A stretch of 64,000 nucleotides of DNA, taken from NCBI RefSeq assembly GCF_009914755.1, contig NC_060931.1, one strand, 5' to 3'. The position numbers and the translations under genes are program-made. The notes under the pieces were generated by a model. That model worked only from the letters and a program-made list of their open reading frames with translations, had not been told where the DNA came from and made no database searches. The number at the start of each line of letters is the position of its first letter. Within the stretch, counting starts at the first letter, position 1. The stretch comes from the human T2T-CHM13v2.0 reference genome, Homo sapiens. Below, one piece after another: positions 54,521 to 64,000 of this stretch.

Positions 54521-55308
54521 ATTTTGGATCTCAATCCTGACTATGAGCAACAAGACCTTTCGGCTTTTTTAAAAGATAGCATGCCTGAGCCCTAGTCCAG
54601 TTCTGATTTCCTAGATTTGGACGAGTCCTGGGCATCTACATATTCTTGTAAAGTGCCAGAGTTCATTCTGGTTCACAGCCAGGGTTAAAAAGTAGGAAAT
54701 TAAATTTCAAGTCATAGTACCTTATCACATTTCCAAACTTCAACACCATGTCCAGAACACTGAATTCTCCCCAGGCTCATTCTACCTGATTCTGAGCTCA
54801 AATAGTCATGTGGGATCTCAGTAAGCTGAAATTGATGACACATACACAAACAATAAAAACTGGGACTATGGAGACTTCCTTCTCTCCAACTCGAATAGCA
54901 TCCAATTTTGGCTTTTCTATATACTATTCGAGGACATTATAATAGCAGGCCTTTTTGGAAGAAACTCAATTCTAAGTAAAAGATGTTCATATATGAGCTT
55001 ATGGGAATTTCTTATTCACAAACATGGTAACTATCAAAATAAAACTCTCTCCCAAAATAAGAGAGACAAGAAAAGAAGTGGGGAAAACAGATTTTAAAAG
55101 CTGTATGAGCTTTTACAAATAATTTAGCAGGTAACAGAGATCTTGTGAGACAAGTAAAAAGGCCTTGTATTCATTGCTTATCAGGTAAATGTGGACTTAA
55201 AGTAAATAAGGTAAGAAGGTGTTGAGCTAGAAACATGTCTCAAATTATTTCCAGTGAGCTTCTGAAAGCCCAAGACAAATGTATCTTTATGAAAAATTGA
55301 GACAGACC

Positions 55309-55392
55309 CAGTAACCAGATCCTCTCATTATTTGCATGTGAAGCCTCTAACTTGTAGTCATGTGATAAACAAATGGAGAAAAATTGGAAATA
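55309..55392 (+). promoter_or_regulatory. Putative TAS2R40 proximal promoter module (octamer + forkhead/E-box)
   Basis: ATTTGCAT 55330-55337 and ATAAACAAATG 55365-55375, both conserved upstream of TAS2R39. Confidence 0.6.
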
Positions 55393-55480
55393 ACCATTAA
55401 TGAGGGCGGCAGAAATTATAACATTGAGCAAGGGTCAGAAGATTGCAGAGCAGTTACCCATTCTTGGCGCAGAAACCTGA

Positions 55481-56470
<990 letters not shown>

Positions 56471-56748
56471 CTGGAACTCACGGAGTTCTGCGGGACCTGG
56501 TCCAACCACTTCTGCCTTTGCCTCAGGTAGAACTCTCTCCTCACCCGTCTCTTCTCTCCCAAACCTGCTCTGACACTTCTCAGATAACGTGATCCTTTTA
56601 TAAATATGAAGCTGAATTTTTAACTTGAGATTCTAAACAGAAGTAACTAAGAAACCTGAAGATGGACTTTGAAAGCTCCTTGAACTATGTTCATTCATAT
56701 CCTGCCCTGAGATCTCTCCACTTTCTTCTCCTCCTGAGCCTTAAGGAG

Positions 56749-56868
56749 AGGGTGGCCAGACATATCGGTTTGCCAGGGACAATCTCTGTTTATTGTCTGT
56801 TGTCAATTGAGCATCCTTTAATTCTCAAGAATATCATGGTCTGGATGAAGAATTACATGATCATCCTA
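56749..56868. mobile_element. MER94-like hAT-Blackjack MITE
   Basis: agggtggccaga...cggtttgccagggacaat...tggatgaagaattacatgatcatcct. Confidence 0.7.
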
Positions 56869-57804
56869 CTTAAGACACCCAACTAACACACAGTTAGGGC
56901 TGGTGAAGCAGAGCACAGCACTCAGTCCACGGGGTAGAAGGGAAACCAGAGTGGCTACAGAAAAAGAAGATTCAGGAAAGAAAGGCTGCTGGAAATTATC
57001 AAGTGCTGCAGAGTTCCGAGGAAAGTAAAGGGTGAAGAAAAAGGCTCTGGATTTGACTAAAAGGATGCCATGTGTGCCATTAGTGGAGTGATAGGGTGAC
57101 ATCCTGATCCCAGGAGTTCCAGAAGATAATGCCAAAAGGGAGGGGATGGGTAAAAACCAATAGTCTAGAGAGGATGTTTGCAGATAAAGATGAGTTATAG
57201 AACGGCAGATGGATATGTGAAGGGTCAGTTCAATGCTTTATTTCTCCAAATGGGAGGGGACAAAGTGAGCAGAGAGGAAAGAAAGAATGCAGGGAAAAGA
57301 GTGAAGTGGGCAGGAAGCAGAAAGAGAAAAGGAAGAGGCCAGAGTAAGTAAGCGTCTGTTTTGCTCAGCTCCTGACTCTGTGGCAATGCTAGCGGCACCT
57401 GTGCCTCTGGTTTTACCAGTTCTGGGTTACCTTGAAGTAAATAGTGGGGCAAGAGCGGGTTACTTGGGGCAGGCTGCTGGAGAAGAGGAAAAACATTATT
57501 CTCCATTGTCATTGTTCAGGATGGTTCCAGCAGCATTGTCTCAAAGAGCTGTTCACAAAATATTGGACACCCTCTCCCCAGATATCTTAGAGCTTGAACG
57601 TTAGGAATCTGAAGTTGTCTTTTATTAGGTAAGTTTTAAATCATGATTATTGAGGAAAATGAAAAAAGAATGCTGTGGATCATACCAAGCTTAGGTAGCC
57701 CCCAAATGAAAATATGAGGTCAGTAGCAAAGTCTAGTTCTGAGCTCCAGCGCTCTCAAGCACACATTTCAGAGAGAGTTCCTTACATCCATAAACTGCAA
57801 AAAC

Positions 57805-57838
57805 CACACACACACACGGCATACACACAGACACACGG

Positions 57839-57873
<35 letters not shown>
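57805..57873 (+). repeat. (CA)n compound microsatellite
   Basis: CA units with duplicated cggcata interruptions. Confidence 0.95.
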
Positions 57874-57876
<3 letters not shown>

Positions 57877-59092
57877 TTCCTTTATAGCTCAGACAGCTTG
57901 GGACTTATTTACCTGAAAAGTAAAATATTAATAAAACACACATTTTTGATAGTTTTCTTAAGCTATAGTTATTTATATGACTATTTCAGGCGGTATTTGT
58001 TATAGTAAGACAAATTAGATATTGAAGTTTTATTCCAGTCCCTAGAATAGAGAAATATACATTTTCTTCCAAGTTATATATATTGATAAAAGGGTCATGT
58101 ACCCACTAAGGGTTCTCTGATGCATTACAGAGTTAGAGAGAAAATTGATTTAAAGTTGCCATTATATTAACATGAACCATGTCAAGACCACAAAGTGGAT
58201 AACTCCATACTTACTATGAAGAAATATCATCTCATTGCTAGCAAGAGCCTAAGGCAGCACATAGCTAACAAAAGCTCCAAGGATGATAACATCCTTATCG
58301 ATGCACATGTTGGCCTGCCTTCAACGAGATAAAATTCTCTCCAATTCTCTTTCTTCTGTATGTAAAACCCAAGTAAGCACTCAGAAAGACCCAGAATACC
58401 TAGTCTTCAAGTTGTCTGGCTTTAGACAGCAATCAGAAGTCCTAAATGAAGACAATAATCGACTCTGCTGGACAAAAGTCTGTAACCAAATGCAAAGCCC
58501 GGCTTGCTGTGGTCTCAATATTATTACAGGTTTTCACCTTGCAAACTCTACATCATCTCCCTCGCCCCACAGCCCTGCGGGATGTTGAAAGTGATAGAGT
58601 GAAGGATTCCTTTACCCACAAAGTCACTCTGAATATTCATCTAGCATGTGGAGCAGGTAAGGGGACTTTGGTTAGCAATGGATTCCAGTCTGGCAGGCCC
58701 AGCCCAGAGGCAGGGTATCTGGCTTCTTTCCTCATACCTGGTCGAGTCCTTGCAAATAAAGGCTAGACTGGCAGCCATGGCCAGTCTAAGGGCTATGACT
58801 TTATGGGCACCAGATTGTCCCACAATCCAGTATCATCTTCCCCTTCCAACTACTTCGGTGTCTGCTAAAATTCCACTGTGGTTCTGGCTTTTCTTTGCTT
58901 TTATTCTACAGGAAATCTGTTATTCTCTCAGGCATTCTTTACTTGGGGCAGCAGGGAAGAAACATCTATGTAATAAAAAGAAAAGAAACTGTAAGTCCAA
59001 CCAGTCTAAAATGTCTTGTGCTGGGGGAGGGGAGCAGAAACCAAGGGCTAACTAATTATGTCTTGTTGGAGACAGGGCAACTTGTGCATTAG

Positions 59093-59497
<405 letters not shown>

Positions 59498-60399
59498 AAG
59501 AAAAATCTTTAGAAGAGAGGTAAGAGGAGGAAATTTCTTATGTACTCAGAAAGATTTGTTTGGGGGAGAAAGAGGAGGACAGAACGGCTAAAAAGCCAGT
59601 CTGTAATGTTTGAAGGCTGGGGGAACTCTCTGTACCCTTTTCTAAATGGGGGAAGCGTTGCCTAAAATAGGAGAGGCAAAACTTTCAGGGAAATGCTCAA
59701 ATCAAGTGTATGCTGGGAAGAGGTAACATGTTACACTGCTACAAGTTTCTGTTGACAGGAGGAAGATGGAAGCATTTTGGAGCCTGTGACATGGCCCAGG
59801 AAGGGCAGGCCTGGGCGGAAAATGGGAGCAGACAGCAGAAAATGGGTGGTGTGAAGGGCTGGGGCAGTGGGAACCTAAAGGGGAAGATGTGGAGGTGTTG
59901 AGTGCTGAGTTAATCTTGGCCACTCTCAGTTGGGAGAAGCTCTTAACTGACAATTCTGCCTAGGCCTGTGGGGATTACCCTGTAAGCAGCAAAACAAAGT
60001 TTTCCAAGAGCTTTGAAGAGGAGCATTTCTGGGTTGGACTCTTCCCTCCCAGTGTGGTATTGCAAAGGTGCTCTGTGTCTGTGGCGCTAGCCCATCAAAC
60101 AACGTCAGTAGGAAGAATACAGATTTGTAAAAAATTTTCCTGGTTTGTCTCTCATTTGGTTTTTCTTATTTTTTTTAGCAAAGTGTCTTATGAATGTTCT
60201 ACCCTCTTTCAGTTGCATCAAGAAGAAAATAAGAGAAAAGTGGTTTTGAAGATAGCCCAAGAAAGAAAAGTACCAGCCACCCCCTAGGTTTAGTATGGCA
60301 GCAGTAGCAGGAGGGGATCCAAGGCAGGGTGGAGCATTAACAGAAAAACCTGCATCCCCTCAACTTCCACACCCCCGCCCGTGCAGTTCCCAGAGTCGT

Positions 60400-60620
60400 G
60401 AGACTGGGTTTGGGTCCTGGCTCTGCCACTTACTGGTGTGCAAATGGGCATGTTATTGCATCTCTCTGAACCTCAGTGTCCACATCTGTAAAATGGGAAC
60501 AATAATGGGAAATACCAGCCTCCTAGGGTTATCTCATCCTAAGAGAAGAATGGGGTAAAGTGTTTAGCACACAGCATCTGACCCAGAGTAAGCCATCAAT
60601 AGATGTTAGCTGTTAGTATT
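60400..60620 (+). mobile_element. MIR
   Basis: ctgggttt..tcctggctctgccacttact..ctctctgaacctcagtgtccacatctgtaaaatggg. Confidence 0.88.
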
Positions 60621-60941
60621 CCAAAGGGAAGTGGAGTGACACTGAGAGGCATCTAGAATGAGGATATTTAAAGCAGGCCAGATATGAAAAGGACAGACCA
60701 GACTGGGCCAGATGCACACAGAAGGCTTAGCCTTTATAGTCCCACAGGCTTGGTGGCAGAACATGGCCATGGATCCAGTAGTTCAGTCATCCAAGTGGCA
60801 GGTGAAAAGTGTAGGGTGGCCTTAAGAATTGGATTCCTGTTCACTTCCTGACAATGTCAGAAATGAAAGACATCTAGTATTCCACAGTTTAGCTGCCCGA
60901 CAGTTATCTGAGTGTAGATTTGAACCTAACAGGCACTAGGT

Positions 60942-61408
60942 TAGGGGTCAGCAAACTTTTTCTGTAAAGGACCAGAGAGTAAATATTTTAGGATTTGTGG
61001 GCCACATGCAGTCCCTTCCAGAAGAATTCAACTCTTCTGTTGCAGCACAAAAGCCACCATGGTGATTCAAAAAATAAATAAATGGACATGGGTGTGCTCC
61101 AGCAAAATTTTGTTTATGGACACTGACATTTGAATATCATATAATTTTCACGTGTCATGAAATATTATTCTTCTTTTAATGTTTTCAACCATTAAAAATG
61201 CATTTTTAATAAATGCCTCTTGCATTTTTAAATGGTTAAAAAATTAATATTTCATGATGTGACATTTTGTTGGAGCACAGCCATGTCCATTCTTTCCCAG
61301 CTGTGCACTCTTGGAGGGTGAAATTTTTGCTTAGTTGATCTCGTGGGCCATACAAAACAAAAAGAATCAGTGGGTCAGATTTGCCCCCAGGCTGCAGTTG
61401 CAGACCCT
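60942..61408 (+). mobile_element. MER58B-like hAT MITE with internal inverted duplication
   Basis: aggggtcagcaaactttttctgtaaagg...cagatttgccccc..gcagttgcagaccc. Confidence 0.85.
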
Positions 61409-61514
61409 TCACTCAGGCATGTTCTCCTACCCCTGAAGGCACAGCATTCCCCAGGACCCAGTCACACTTCATTGCAAAACCAGGGATACTTATTGTGGCA
61501 ACTTTTGCCATGTT

Positions 61515-61870
61515 ATTTTTTCTTTCTTTTTTTTTTTTTATTATACCTTAAGTTCTGGAATACATGTGCAGAATGTGCAGGTTTGTTACATGGGTATACA
61601 TGTGCCATGGTGGTTTGCTGCACCCATCAACACATCGTCTACATTAGGTATTTCTCCTTATGCTATCCCTCCACCAGCCCCCCACCCCGCAACAGGCCCC
61701 AGTGTGTGATGTTCTCCTCCCTGTGTCCATGTGTTCTCACTGTTCAACTTCCACTTATGAGTGAGAACATGCGGTGTTTGGTTTTCCGTTCCTGTGTTAG
61801 TTTGCTGAGAATGATGGTTTCCAGCTTCATCCATGTCCCTGCAAAGGACATGAACTCATCCTTTTTTATG
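61515..61870 (-). mobile_element. 5'-truncated L1PA 3' end
   Basis: Poly-T, tacatgtgcagaatgtgcaggtttgttacat...gcaaaggacatgaactcatcc; TSD ttttgccatgtt. Confidence 0.95.
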
Positions 61871-62294
61871 AATTTTTGCCATGTTTTGAACGTGGCAACT
61901 TCCCCAATATTTTTGCCACTTTCAATTTCTCCAGCTTTTCTCTGTCCCTGTGCAATCTTTAAAATAGAGTCCACTAGCTCTTTGTAAAAAAATAAAATAA
62001 AAAAATAAACAGAAAGCTAATGTTCTAGTCCCCTGTCTCCCACCTGCTAAGGATAGACACGGAGCCCAAATTTTGTTTCTCCTTAAGGCTTTGAAAGCTA
62101 TTGCCCTGAAGCTACTCACTTGATAACAATGAGTTTGAAATAGTCATGCCTCTACAAACCATCTCTGTTGAGGTTGAACACTAGGCTTTCTGAGTGCTTT
62201 CTCCTTGTGAATTTGATCCAGCAGGGCAATGTTTGTATTTTTGTGTTCTTTTAGATGACTAAGCAACAGGCTGGTTTATTGAATAATGATGGGA

Positions 62295-62500
62295 AATGTG
62301 GTGTATAGAAAGAATCTACATTCGGTGTCAAAGATCTAGACTTCAGTCTCCATTCTGTGTGATCTTGGGAAAGTCACTAAACCTTTCTGAGCCTCAGTCT
62401 CCCCATCTGGAAAGCAGAAATAATCATAACATCCGCTACACATGGTTGCTATGAGACTCAAATAAAATATGTCTATAATAAATTGTAAACCACGATATGA
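62295..62500 (+). mobile_element. MIR
   Basis: tgtgtgatcttgggaaagtcactaaacctttctgagcctcagtctccccatctg. Confidence 0.85.
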
Positions 62501-63715
62501 AGATAAGTGCATTCATTCATTCAACAAAAATGTATTTCTTAATGCATTTTTAGTAAATAAAGATCAACTCAACAAAAATTTTACCCTCCAAGAGTACACA
62601 GGCTAGAAAAGAATACTGGATTAAATTATAATGTGAAAAATTCCTGAGTAGTCATCTATGTACTGTGGAGTCAGGAATGTACCCTAAACCTCAAATGTGC
62701 ACAATTAAAACGCCTATCCTCTAAAAACAATTTTTTAATCCTGATCTTCTTTCCCTAGTTCCTTCACCGTGGGGAGCAGATAACTCAGGACAAAATCCTT
62801 TTCTCTCGGTCTTACTGAGCCATTTAGGAGAAATCAGGGCTGAGAGAAAAAGAAATTTTCCACTGAGCTTCCTCAGAGATTCCCATCAGAGCCTGAGGAT
62901 GGAAAACAGAGAAGGGTCCCATTACATCTAGCCCTCCCGAGGGAAAGCTGCTGTTTGCATTTCCTGCCTACAGCTCTCGGGACTGCAAATAAATCAGTGG
63001 TTTATTCAAACCAGTAGCTGGAGAGTAGATTATGGCTGGCGGCCCTGAGTGCAGCTGAGACCATGAGTGATGGAAATGCTTGGCAGGGAGGGAGTGGCAA
63101 TGTGACCTGCGGAAAACACCAAGACCCCATAGGCCCGTTCTTCCCTCATCTCACTGCTCAGTGGAATAGCACCTGACACTCACACTCTACTCATAAGAGT
63201 TAACTAAGATTTGTTAAGATTTATGTGAGATTTATCTTAACATAATAAAAATTAAATATCTCCAAATACTACAAGAAATGGTCTTAACCTCTTTGTTATC
63301 TAATCAAATTGTTAAGTGATTCAAACACCTTTGCCTAATATTTTATCTTTCATGAGTTATTTCACTAAGTTTTGTGTCTATATTCTAATTTACGTTTTTG
63401 GCACTGATGGCATTAATTGTACCCAATGGCAGAATTTTTTTTTGAAGGCTAAATAACTAAAAAACATGCCTAGTAAGTCCTGATCTGAATAAGTTAATAA
63501 TATTTTAAAAAGTCAAACCTGTGGCCTGAGTCTCCATTGCCTCTGATCCCCTTAAGGGTGGGGCACTGTTGGCCACTCTCTCTGTTTTAAAGATCTTCAC
63601 CCTTGACTTCCATATCTATTCAGCTGCCTGAGTTTTCTTCTATTTCCTTATCCACCAAGTACCCTTCAAACATACAACTACTCACAATTTGTACCCTTTA
63701 TCTATTGCCACCACT

Positions 63716-63808
63716 AAGGTGACCAACCACTCAGATTTTATAAACTGAAAGTTCCACAACCCAGAAAACCTCTCTGTCCTGGATAACCTGGGACAGTTGG
63801 TCACCCTA
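63716..63808. mobile_element. MER81-like hAT-Blackjack MITE
   Basis: TIRs taaggtgaccaac...gttggtcacccta. Confidence 0.8.
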
Positions 63809-63929
63809 AGCTCCACCCAAATGACTGAGGCTAAATTCAGGTAACAAGTATTACCTTTCAACTCAGCTATGATATTCACACCAATTCCATAACTTTGTGA
63901 ACAAGAAACCTATACACATTCACTTGAAC

Positions 63930-63992
63930 CGCACATACACACACACACACTCTTATACTCTTTCACACACACCTCATGCACACACTCACATA
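63930..63992 (+). repeat. Degenerate (CA)n
   Basis: CA-rich low-complexity tract. Confidence 0.8.
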
Positions 63993-64000
63993 TACTCCCA

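Noticed and set aside
61343-61987. 214-aa ORF
   Set aside because: Runs through MER58, a poly-T tail and an antisense L1PA 3' end; typical repeat-derived open frame.

Overview
Primate (human-like) genomic DNA carrying two intact, intronless bitter taste receptor genes on the + strand: TAS2R39 (16862-17878) and TAS2R40 (55499-56470), about 38.6 kb apart. The human 7q34 assignment is recalled from the protein sequences, not searched. The rest is mostly transposon-derived: about 26 Alus, old and young L1 fragments, MaLR/ERV solo LTRs, MIR/L2, hAT fossils, a MADE1 and microsatellites. No other protein-coding gene, RNA gene or CRISPR array is supported, and I do not see a wholly new gene system. 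The strongest new-looking signals are (1) an octamer + forkhead promoter module conserved in position and spacing upstream of both receptors, a candidate POU2F3-driven taste/tuft-cell promoter; (2) gene-conversion-like homogenisation of the TM5-ICL3-TM6 and TM7/helix-8 coding segments between the paralogs; (3) a p53-site-bearing LTR10 about 5 kb upstream of TAS2R39; and (4) several clean retrotransposition or repair scars. Repeat subfamily names are recognised by eye and should be confirmed with RepeatMasker/Dfam.
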